Shown: one piece after another, positions 1 to 10,938 of the stretch
Position numbering within the stretch: the stretch's first letter is position 1
How the letters are laid out: each line of letters starts with the position of its first letter
Source: Spizellomyces punctatus DAOM BR117
Taxonomy: Eukaryota
Length of the DNA stretch: 58,792 bases
Reading direction: 5' to 3' (one strand)
Assembly (NCBI GenBank): GCA_000182565.2
Contig: KQ257457.1
Notes under the pieces: generated by a model
What the model saw: the letters and a program-made list of their open reading frames with translations, nothing else
The model's database searches: none
Told to the model about the DNA's origin: nothing
Program-made: the position numbers and the translations under genes

Positions 1-484
1 AACCCTAACCCTAAAACCCTAACCCTAACCCTAACCCTAACCCTAACCCTAACCCTAACCCTAACCCTAACCCTAACCCTAACCCTAACCCTAACCCTAA
101 CCCTAGCCCTAACCCTAACCCTAACCCTAACCCTAACCCTAACCCTAACCCTAACCCTAACCCTAACCCTAACCCTAACCCTAACCCTAACCCTAACCCT
201 AACCCTAACCCTAACCCTAACCCTAACCCTAACCCTAACCCTAACCCCTAACCCTAACCCTAACCCTAACCCTAACCCTAACCCTAACCCTAACCCTAAC
301 CCTAACCCTAACCCTAACCCTAACCCTAACCCTAACCCTAACCCTAACCCTAACCCTAACCCTAACCCTAACCCTAACCCTAACCCTAACCCTAACCCTA
401 ACCCTAACCCTAACCCTAACCCTAACCCTAACCCTAACCCTAACCTAACCCTAACCCTAACCCTAACCCTAACCCTAACCCTAA
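1..484. repeat. Telomeric repeat tract (CCCTAA)n, ~80 units; left chromosome end
   Basis: Continuous CCCTAA array from base 1 with a few variant units (e.g. CCCTAG ~101-106, CCCCTAA ~245). Confidence 0.99.
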
Positions 485-1069
485 ACTACTCTATCGATTA
501 CATAAGTTTATTATTATACGAGTTATTATACATTCTTCATCGATCATTCCGAAGAGATGTGCAATGCTCGGAACAGTTCTTTTGACAGAGCCTTTTTACC
601 CAGGATTTTTATTTCTTCGTGGTGCACGTGGCTTTAATCGCGGGTTTAGTACCAACACATTGCTTTAGTGCCAGCGGTCACAATTGACTACGTTTCCGAT
701 ATTTCTGTGCGTCCGCGTATTTCCATTCTTCAACTCCGCCTTTGACCATAACAATAACATCACTTGTCTGGGAATCGTGCATTGTTGTCTCCTGTAAGAT
801 CTGTCTTTGAAGGCATCGGCTTGGTCCTCAAAAAGACAGAGATCGCTCGGAGGTCTCGTTCCCGGCGTGCTCGCGACTCAAGCTGCAACGAACAAATATC
901 TCATTCTTCTGGCAGATAAGGTAAACGGAGCGGACTGGCAGTTTCATTGGCTGTGAGAAGGAGGGAATTGAACCACATCACTATCGTCGCGACGACTAAG
1001 TACAGCTGCCACAATGATTTGGGAAGGGGCATCGGGGATGACGTACTAATTACGGTCAAAAGAAGTTAT

Positions 1070-4000
1070 TTTGTTAAACCAGAGGAAGAGCAACGCCGGG
1101 AGGGTAGCTGGTTACCGTATCAAGATATAAACAAGTGGCGAATTCCGTCACATTGAAGATATTTCTCTTCATTTTCCCAACTACAGCTTTTTGAACCCTG
1201 TGGCTGCGACAAAGTGTCAGGATCAACGTGCAGCATTTGAGAAAAGGAGCAACTCGCAATCTGGCATCTTGTCACCCAAGTTCTGTAGAATGTCCCTTAT
1301 CAGCTTCTTTTACTAGATTCGCCCCACGAGCCGTCATTTGTCCAAGTTGCTCTAGCTCCGCGGATATCTTCTTCACAATTTTTACATCTTTCACAGCATT
1401 GTGTATTCATTTTCCGGTGCGAGCAGCTTGCGCAGCTAACCATCAAGTGTCTAAGCATTTGCAACGTTCTACATGGGGGCAGAATTTACAAACTTACCAA
1501 GCCCAACGACTTCGGAGATGAGTCAAAGAAAGGCGTTCGAAAGTAGTGCGTCGTGACAGTGAATATGGGAAAATAATACTTACATTCTCCAACACCAGGC
1601 ATAATAAAGGCCAGCACAATATCTGCAAATACCACTTGAGTCAACCAATGTGATGCACTTAAAACATTTACAACACGCACATCAAGAGCAAACATGAGAA
1701 TGAGTTCCACACAATTTCCCTGCTCCGTTCTTCTGCCTCCTTAATGGACACTAGGTTCCTTCCCTGCAGGTAGACTTTTTTTCAGGAATATCCACACTAT
1801 CTTTGCTTCGACGATGGATTCATATTTCCCTTCTGGCTGAACCAAATCATTCGCAGTAGCCAGGAATTAGGTGGCTGCCTCCATACCCTCCTGCACATCC
1901 TGGTAAGGTCGCCTTCGAATCGCGAACCAGAGCACGCAGTTCATCGATTTTGGTAAATATTCAGGTCCCAGCATCGGGTAATTGTGCCTATTTTCGAAGA
2001 CTTTAAGAGGGAAATGCCGACGATATCATGGATTATACGATTGACGGCGACGGTTGGTAATGCACAACACCGGGTCGCCCCAATGGCGGACTAACCATCG
2101 ATAATAGCATCTTTGTCCCTTCATAGCATCTTAAAGTCACCGCAAAGAATTAATTCCTCGGGACTTTGTAGAGCTCAGTAACACGCAACAAGAAGCAGGG
2201 GCTAATTTTAATCCTGTGAACTTACACTCACTCCAGAAACTATCGACATGGCACTATAAAGCTCAGCTGGGTTTGCTCCTGTCCAGATCTGCCACGTCAT
2301 GTCGACATGTGGAATGCTCCCAGCACTCAGTGTAGTCGGACATGGAATCTGTTGGTAATTCGCAATACATGTTCCGAGGTCTCTCGCGGAAGCATCTATC
2401 CCAGCGGCTTGTACCTGAAAGTCTTGCTTTCAGTGTTTTAGGAGTGGTAGGAGAGAGATATATTGAACTACGTCCGGCTTGGTCAATTTTCTCCCGGGTT
2501 GCGTCCTTATACAGGTCGTACACATCTATAGTGCTTTAATATTCTTAATTGAAAGACAGAGGTGCTAGCATGTGTGATAGTAGCACGTTTGGTAAGACTT
2601 ACGATCAGAGAAGTAATTATGCTTGTCTTTGGTGACTTATTTGATTGTTAATACACCGGTACTGCCAGACAGAACAGCCGTTAAATAATCGCACTACATA
2701 TGGGGGTTACGATTTCTGCCGAAACATTACCAGGTAACCCTAAAAGCGCTATAAAGCTCATTTCTCGCTAGGAAAAGCCAATGTGATTCAGGACAGCAGT
2801 TGCAATAAAAGAGGCTGAATACACTTACGGGGCGGTTTGTATTCGCACCTGTGGATTTGAAACTCAATTGCGTTTCACGGACTGAAAAGATACAGATGGG
2901 TGTGTAAAGAATTGTATATCGTTCACAACTAAGCGCTTACATTCCCCTAGCTTCAAGACGACGCAGAGTGGCCCCATCGACAACGTGCCATTCGCAGATG
3001 GTTTGGTCCCTGTTGGGATGAGCTATCCTATCAAAATATTTTGGACGCCTTGGGCATTGTACGTCTTAACCTAACCCTAAGTTATGTGGTCAGTGAGGGA
3101 GTCCGAGATATTGAGGTGAGACTCCTCTTACTTCTCAGTGCAGCGGAAGCATGCGCGGACAGCATCATCCTCAACTTGCATCCTACTCAGCTGGAAAAAA
3201 ACAGCGTCAACTCTTCAAAGTCGATAAAAATTATGCTCACTCTCTTACCGTTCCATCAACTCCACTGCTTCCATCCCCCAGTTGCTGATATCTCATCTTG
3301 TTCTACAATCGCGTCATGACTTTTTCATACATATCGGCCATCCCCCAAACCTGTCGATGACAAGGTCCACAACGGTAAGTTTCTAGCTGTAGACAATGCT
3401 ATGGGGTACAGACCATCAATTTAAAGAACCCAACGGGCGGAAGTGCATTATCTAGCCTAAAATCTATGACAAGATCCGATAGCGTAGAGTAGTATTTATC
3501 TGGGATAGTTCCGTCGGCGGCCCGTTCCACACCAATTTTGAAACCAGATAGCAATGCAGAAGCATCTGCAAGCAGCCCAGCATCACTCAGTTGGCTCAAC
3601 AAAGATGCATTTTAATCGTCCTGATCTATCGACCACACGATAAGGCGCCCAAACGCATATTCATCGCAATGCTCGTCTTCTCTTGAACTACGTGCGTGAC
3701 TGTATAAATGATCGTAACAAATCTCAGAGGTACAACACATCTTACTTAACAACTCATCATCAAAACCAATCCACTCTGTTTCACCATGGTACGTTGATTT
3801 CAAAGTAAGCAAGAGCACCAGGTGCTTTGGTCCATTCTCCTGCGATGGCACCATTCGGATAATTTTCTCCGTCAAAGTTCCCAGGGTCCATCCATGGACA
3901 ACCGAGTTCTGAACATTTTGGATCTTGCAACCTGAAGGAACGACCATAAAAGCCTATTATATGTGGCATGCTAGCTATGGCAGACGATACGCAAGTTTAT

Positions 4001-6701
4001 TGAAGTGTAGGAGCTCTACTGACCAATTCCCAGTAGAATTTTATTTGTATCCACTCCTGCCTAATAAATTCAAGAGAAACGATCAGGTCGCATCAACAAC
4101 TTCACGAGGTAGGTAGGATGTGTATCCAACCTTTGTAGTCATAGTAGGTGTTTGATCTATATTATTATACACGCTTAAGGAATGACCGATGGATGGCTGC
4201 GATAATCCCAGTTTCAACGCAAGTCGTAGGTCGTGTATACAATCTAATCCAGTTCTCGGGACATTTCGGCAATCTTGAACCATTGCAAGGACCATTGCGA
4301 TGCTGGTGATGCCATAGAGAGGGAAAAGCTTTGCTGAAATCGTTGTTGCAATTCTATGCTCAATTGCAAATAATTCTCCGTATCCTGTAAACCTCTGGAC
4401 GGTACACCCGGTGTAGTGTTTCAGTCACCGGCTCCAAGGAATTCCCAATCATTACCCAAACCCTCTATGTTGGAGGTGGATCAGTTTGAAGTCAGACACC
4501 GTCCTTGCTTATAATAAAGCTTATGAATGCTAGTCTTACCTAAATGGTAAGTTTACAAGAAAGCAGTCAAGGCGATGATGGCACCCATCGAACACTCAAA
4601 GGATCCCGATGAAGGTCAATTGAAGGTTACCTATGACAGTTTCTGAGAGATTGTGCTTATATGTCGAGAATGTGGATGATGGGGATGATGGATGTAACGG
4701 GGATATAGAGGATGTCACGGGGTGATACATGGAAGAGCAAGTGATAGTCTACGTTTTGAACATCTTAACAATCCTCTTTGCAAACCAAGCTTACAGCCGA
4801 CTCGATGAAAATTGCACGATTTTGCGATGAAGAGGCCATATCTGTGAAGCATCCTTGTGTCGGAGGATCATTAAAAGCCAATCTGCTGCATTGTAAGACG
4901 AATTAGTGACAACTTGCAAACACTAACTTAACCTGACAAGCTCCCGGTGTACACCACTGAAATAATCAGTTTAATATTCGGGTTCTAATGCCGCAGTTTC
5001 TGCATATCCCACAGTTGCTGGCGGTTGAAGTCGGACTCCACATCCAACTGATAGTCAGCAGTCACTTTAAGATTGTGGGCTGATTAACACCGGGCTTCGA
5101 TATTCAGAAGCCCACATTGAATTATTTACCCATGCGTCCATTGGGTCGCGATAATGTCGGTAACCTAAAACTTACGGCACTTGCCTCATTTGCGACGTTC
5201 GCTAGGAATTGTCATGTCACAGTTTTGTTGGCATCCATTTACCAGGTGCGCCAGGGACGACAGTGCAGAATTCGGTCGTGGTACCACCGAATCCCGACTT
5301 TCCACAGCATGCTTTGAGTGTTCACACAAGACTTCCATTTGTTGCCACTTCACATTGTGCCTCTATGCATAACCCCAAAGTAAGCAACTGATAAATACTG
5401 ATAAATGCCTCACATACATGGACTAATTTTAGGTTGTGGAGGAGTTCCAGGCGACAAACACACTTTCATCCCATTCTGTAGGCTTGCTACAACCGGTCCA
5501 TCGCCAATTCCTTGCAATCCAGGATTCTATCTCTGCACTGAGGTTCAGAATCCACAAATTAGGAAGGGAAATAGATAGCTCAACTAATCACAATAGATTG
5601 TTCATATCCTACATTGAAAGCGCAGCGAACTTTGCGCACTTATCAAACTCGGAATCACGTCTGACTCATGTTTAAAAATCCTGAAATATCGGCGACAGGG
5701 TTTAACTCCTTTCGAGCAACAGTACCGTTGAAAGGTTTGTGAATGAGTGCACTGAATCCCGGTTCGCCGCCATCAATATACCGCAGGAGCTGGCAAGTTG
5801 ATCACAGCATTTCCGTTCTGGCCGACTTCCACAAATCGGCAACTTCCATCCGGCGACAGCGTATCGGTGGGGTGTGGGCGTTCCAGCAAACACACAGACG
5901 TTGATTGGTCGTACAGCACCAGGGCAAGCACAGCTTAAATGATTGTAAGCCTCAATAACTTTCGCACCGTAAGCAATCGCAATGCTGCCACAGTCATCTC
6001 CAGATAGTAGAGTATGAGCGTTACACCACCCATTAGGCCCTGAGGTTCCATTCATGAACTCTATTTCGATAAAAGTGCAGAATAGAGAATTGTAAATGCC
6101 TGCAGGCGGAAAGTGCATTGTACTGGAGGCCATACTCATCCTACCTATCTCTGGTTGGCCTTAGGGTTATCGCATTATCAAATCACAACGCCCATTCCCA
6201 TGAAGACCTCGTTGCCAAATTGTTTCTCCTGCAAGAGAATCAATCAAGCGTACATCCCCTCCTCTTTGATAAAACTCATTTTTCGTCCAAATCATCCGAG
6301 ATCCGCAATCGAGGAAGCATCATACCCTATTTTAAGAGTATAGGAGCCCGGAACCAGTCTATTCTTCTCAGCTACAACAGAGTTACGGTCAGTTTGGTCC
6401 GTATGTGCAACCCTGCAAGCCATATCAAAAGATCCGCGAGATGAACTCACCATTGATAATAGAGTTCCCATCCACGGACTTGAACTGGCCAAATGAGAGA
6501 CGAAGAGTTCCGTTTTGCCAAGTGCAGAGCCCACAATGCTGTTGCGCTAAGTGGTTGTAACCGAGTATGCATAACGGTAGCAATTCAAAGGACAGGCAGT
6601 ACTGCTGAGTTCCCATTAACAGCATGGATTGCAAATAATTGGACAAGAAGAGCGGTAAAAACTCTCACAGATTTACCACGATCTCCCTTGTTCATTGCCA
6701 T
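1070..6701 (-). pseudogene. Decayed multi-exon subgroup-C (killer-toxin-like) GH18 chitinase: signal peptide - LysM x2 or more - CBM18 - GH18 - long C-terminal hydrophobic region
   Basis: Manual minus-strand translation. ATG 6701 with a hydrophobic stretch (VRVFTALLVQLFAIHAVNG). LysM-like GPNGWCNAHTLLSGDDCGSIAIAYG (~5880-6035) and WRWTGC..KVCLSPGTPPQP (5431-5506). Hevein/CBM18 ACCGKSGFGGTTTEFCT..NGCQQNC (5219-5312). GH18 blocks KLRH*NPNIKLIISV (~4956-4999), AFNDPPTQGCFTDMASSSQNRAIFIES (~4795-4880), DWEFLGAGD*..SPASQWSLQWFKI..TYDLR*NWD (4201-4450), GFYGRSFRLQDPKCSELGCP..PGALAYFEI (3781-3969) and WIGFDD..IVWSIDQDD (3612-3780). Many in-frame stops and frameshifts. The 3' limit is uncertain. Confidence 0.88.
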
Positions 6702-7128
6702 GCTGGGGCTAGAGTAAGAGGTATGAGGGCGGCTTGCAGAGTTTGTCGACGGGAGAGTTAGGTTTCCACCATATTAGATGTGCAGGTGGGGAAAAGCAAA
6801 CCGGTAAAAACTCGGCGAAAATGGCCGCACGGCTAGAATGTCTCCCACCGTTCTTTAAATTTTACAAGCGCTCCAAAACGAAAAACATGCAATACAACTC
6901 ATGACAGAAGAGAAAATAGAAAACGCCAACTCCGATCAAATGCTCATTTTGCTTCTAACGTTTTTGCAAGAAGGAAAACTGACCAGGCATTAACTCCAGA
7001 TATTGTTTCTTATTTTGTTGTGGGAGTTCGGCTGCAGCACTCCATTGGTCTCGTTTCCTGTTGACCTAGGGCGCCTCATAAATAGACTGCATCCTTGTGC
7101 AGTCAAGGACTTCCTGACGACCTCAAAC

Positions 7129-9468
7129 ATGACGTTCACCACATTCAACATGTTGGCGGGAGTCGCTGGCTTCGCGCAGTTGGTTTCTTCGCTGGTACTC
7201 ACTGATGTATATCGCCTTGCAACCTCTAAATACTGCCTTCATGCACCCGGCACACTTACCGCTGGAGTTCAAGTTCAAGCCATTGGTAAGGACGTTTCCT
7301 TCAACTGCTCTGTAACTGCTTACATCCTCAAATAACATTTTCCCTTAGTATGCCATGCTGGGAGGACTGACCTCATATTGGCGCTCGAGTTATTAGAGGG
7401 TAGAACACAGCCCCAAGATCCGGGATTCCTTCACTCGCAAGCAGATCCTTCGTTTTGCATGCAAGACTCTACAGACAAGGTTACATGGGAGACGTGTGAC
7501 ATAAAGAAAACAGCACAAGCTTGGGAAGAGATCCAAGTAGATCCAAAACAAGTTCGCTACAGGAGCATGTCTTCGGGAAATTGCACCAGTCCCGCCCTAC
7601 CGCAAAATGACTTCTCCCTGCTCAACAGTACCGCTGTAGCCAACGCTTCTCCACCTGTTTACCCTATGCTGTTGAAACCCTGCGCGGAAGCAATCACTTA
7701 TACGTTCATATCTCCCGAAAATCTTGGTGCGATGTTCCCTCTGCCTGCTCCTACCGGCGCTCCTACTACGCCCCCATCACCTACTCCGTCTGTCCCGGTC
7801 CAGGTTCCGGGCGAGGCGAGACCTCAGAATGGTGACTGCCATTATGTTTATTCCTTGCCCAACATGGGCTTGGGACTCTACTGGACCTATCAGGCCAGGT
7901 AGCCCCTCGCTGCTTATACGTGAACGAAGAGAAGATCAAGTAACTGACCTTGTCTTCTTTCCCTGGACTTCAGTGATAATGGCACATACACCTTGGCGCG
8001 CGCGAGCTTACCTTCCAAAATGTCAATGATCCTCAATCCCTTTTCCATCTTACGGGATACTTTGCGGTTGAGCGCTTACTCGACACGACCGATACCTTCA
8101 GATTTCGGGTATGTGTGACTTTCATGACTCTTCTCGCAAAATGAGATACCAAACCCTTCTGCGTAGTTGGGAACCCGATGCATATCCGTATCCGAAGCAC
8201 CGGATGAGCGTCTGGAGATGATAGCCTGCGCTATTCCCCAAAAATCCGTCACCACTGCCTCGCCGCAATTCCTCGCACAAACGTTCAAACTCGGTGAAGT
8301 AGCCTCTCTCAAATTGTGGCGGTTGCTAGCCGATTCCTAACGCTATTTCTATGCTGCAGATTGTGTTTCCTCTAACACATTGGACTTGAGTGAACCCCTG
8401 CTGTGCTCAATCCAGACTGCTAAAGGACAATGCAGCAAAGCCGAATTTAGTACTGGTATCGTGTACCTCCGAAGTCGCTATACAAGAGTTAAATTGATGA
8501 TAGTTCAACTAATTCTCTCCTTCAGTGTCAGCAAATGTCAGTTACCCTTTGAAGCCCGTTCTTCCAGTAGCCAGCGGCCGACTTGATTGTCCGAAACAAT
8601 ATTTTCTTTCACCTCTTCCAAAGTCAGTTCGCTTGCGACTATCTACTTTATGTAATCACAAGCTCATGCGCTAACAGTAATCATCCAGCAAATGCTGGGC
8701 TGACATGTTGTCGGATCCCTCCACGACTCTTGCTCCAAGTGTCCCTCAGGCTCCGACGGCCTCTGCTGCGACAGGATTACGTAGACTAGTTAGAACCACG
8801 GGACGTTGCTACATTACTGTTGCCGTGGTCTTCTTCATTATGGCAACACTCTTTTATATTTAGAGCCGCAACACCTATAACCAATAGATTACGGATTATT
8901 TCAATCTCACTACCCTCTCCTTGTTCCCCCACCGATTGGTCGTGTTTTGACGGAGCTCGTCAGTGGCACCACAACAGATACTTTGACCGAGAATGATACT
9001 CTCCAGGATGCCAAAGCGGTTTTGTCAGTTAGAATTCTCCGCGGAGGGCGAATCATATACAGCGTTAATGCAAACCAATACGTCACTGCCGAGGGTCCTT
9101 GGAAACGACCGTGCATACAGCTGAAAATGCAAGCTGATGGTAATCTGCTTCTTGTAGATTCTAGTGAAGCTTACGCTAATTGGAAGTCTGACACGTGGAG
9201 TAATCGTCAAACATCTCCGAACAGAGTGACACCAAGTCAAGAGAATGTTTTGGCAATACAGGACAGAACGGAGGCGATTCTGTTCAGTTGGAAACCCACT
9301 TTGCCGATAATGCCGGTGCAGCAGCTTGTCAGTGGTGGTCAGGACACTCTTGTGGAAAATCAAGCCCTGGAATCTACGGACAACCAGTGGTCGCTAGCAC
9401 AGGTGTGTGGACTGAGGTACTCTGATTCGTTTTTGGCAGCGACCAGCTCGAAGGGGCCGGCTTGCTGA
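7129..9468 (+). pseudogene. Secreted multi-lectin gene (ricin-B/CBM13-like repeats, Pro-rich linker, bulb-type B-lectin repeats); probably disrupted
   Basis: ATG 7129 with a signal-like N-terminus. Ricin-like units YCLHAPG..VQVQAIVC, FCMQDSTDKVTWETCD..QAW and GTRCISVSE..LEMIAC..QTF. B-lectin signature LKMQADGNLLLVD..NWKSDT in ORF 8947-9468, with a second B-lectin repeat that breaks off near 9400. Apparent frameshift near 8000. Confidence 0.65.
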
Positions 9469-9654
9469 CAGCGTAAATACTGAAATTTCGGGGAGTTTAC
9501 GACAAACGCGCAACTGAAAAGTAGAAGGCCAATTTAGCACATATAGCGGATAGCAGACGCAACGGTGGTGGTGCCTGCAGCTGCCATGACTGGAAGACCA
9601 GATATTCTCTAAGCAACGTGAACGAGAGAGTGAAACAGAGAGTGAGAGTGAAAA

Positions 9655-10040
9655 GCAAGGCCTGCACGCGTCTTTGGCATTTGTCTGTTTTGGGTCAGTA
9701 AAGCGAAATTATCTTTTCGGGCATTTTGCACTTCCCGATCTGCATGCAAAAAAAGGTTCATGTCAAAAAAAAGTTGAGAGTTGACGTTTGTTCGCGCATT
9801 TGCCGTCTCCGCAGAGCCGCTCTCTCCCACGTGAACATCTTAAAAGTTAAAAGTCTCCCATGGTAACGGAAATTTTCCGTGTCTTCCAAATTTCCCTGAT
9901 AAGTGTCTGCGTACGCGCACACCTGTCTCCCCGCACCGCCTAAACCTCCGACAGAAATTTGACATCTCCGATCAAGGGGGAAATTCCATTCCCGCGGGAA
10001 GTCTCCGTATTTTACCCATTCTTGCTTTTTTCCATTTTCT
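9655..10040 (-). repeat. Non-coding element, inverted homolog of 13965-14210
   Basis: Shared blocks AAAGCGAAATTAT..TTCG(G)GCATTTTGCACTTCC, AAAAGTCTCCCATGGTAA(C/T)GGAAATTTTC and CTCCGTATTTTA..TTCTTGCTTTTTTCCATTTT, in the same order as in the reverse complement of the other copy. Confidence 0.85.
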
Positions 10041-10938
10041 TGCAGATCCTTGGCGAGAAAGCAAAATGTTCAGGAAACACTTTTTCAAAAGGAAAATGCA
10101 GCCATGGGGAAAGTCAAGCCGCACAACTAGGCGCGGCTGTCGCCCGCATGGAGCTGCCGAGGCTCTTTGCTGCATTTGCAACGGTCTTTTCAAAATGTCG
10201 CAGCGTGGAGCGCTTATCAGCAACTCAAGCTTTCTGGTTTATTGCACAAGAGGAGGGTGCGGCACCTCTGGGCTTGGTTCGATGTGGCTCATAATATGCA
10301 CCAGAGTCCGTCTTGGGAGCCTGCCCGTTTTCATCTACAGGTCCGAGTTCCCCAGCGGCACCAGTAGCCTGAACCTAATGACTGCAAACATGCTAAGAGT
10401 TTCAATTGCATCTCAACGGTGAGAAATTCGGTCGTGAGCTCGCCGCAACCTATATTCACATGACTATGATGAATCTGTCTCGCAAGCGTCTGGATGTTCA
10501 AAGAAGATGGACCGCTCCTATAATTCCAGTAGCTATATCAATCTACAAAGTATATTCTTAACAAATCTCTCAGTCTCATGCGCGATAACCAGTCTGGATA
10601 CTGAGATACGCGTAACCCCGATTGCAGTGTGACTCCCAATGCGCGATGGCTTGTGATGTCTTCTTTTACTGAAGAGCAGGTAATAAAGCCCCAAACTGTT
10701 TCGCTGCTGAGCCAACACTTGTCTTTGAACAATAATTTTGTTCGGCCACATAGCAGAAACACGGTGAGCAACAAAGCTACTAGCTGGTATCTCCATCATA
10801 AATTACTATTCGAGAATGAGGTCCGCAGTGTGCATCAAGAATACCACCATACTGCTCTACAAATATATCGTCATACAATGTACATGCTCTACTTCTTGGG
10901 AGCGGGTTAATAAATACTAGTGATCTGATCAGTCCCAC

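Noticed and set aside
1..484. Variant telomere units as a meaningful pattern
   Set aside because: They are sporadic single-base indels or substitutions, compatible with telomerase slippage or read error.
3612..5140. In-frame TGA/TAG in the chitinase as recoding, selenocysteine or an alternative genetic code
   Set aside because: The stops are of mixed types, accompanied by frameshifts and an insertion. Neighbouring intact genes use TAA, TAG and TGA as normal stops.
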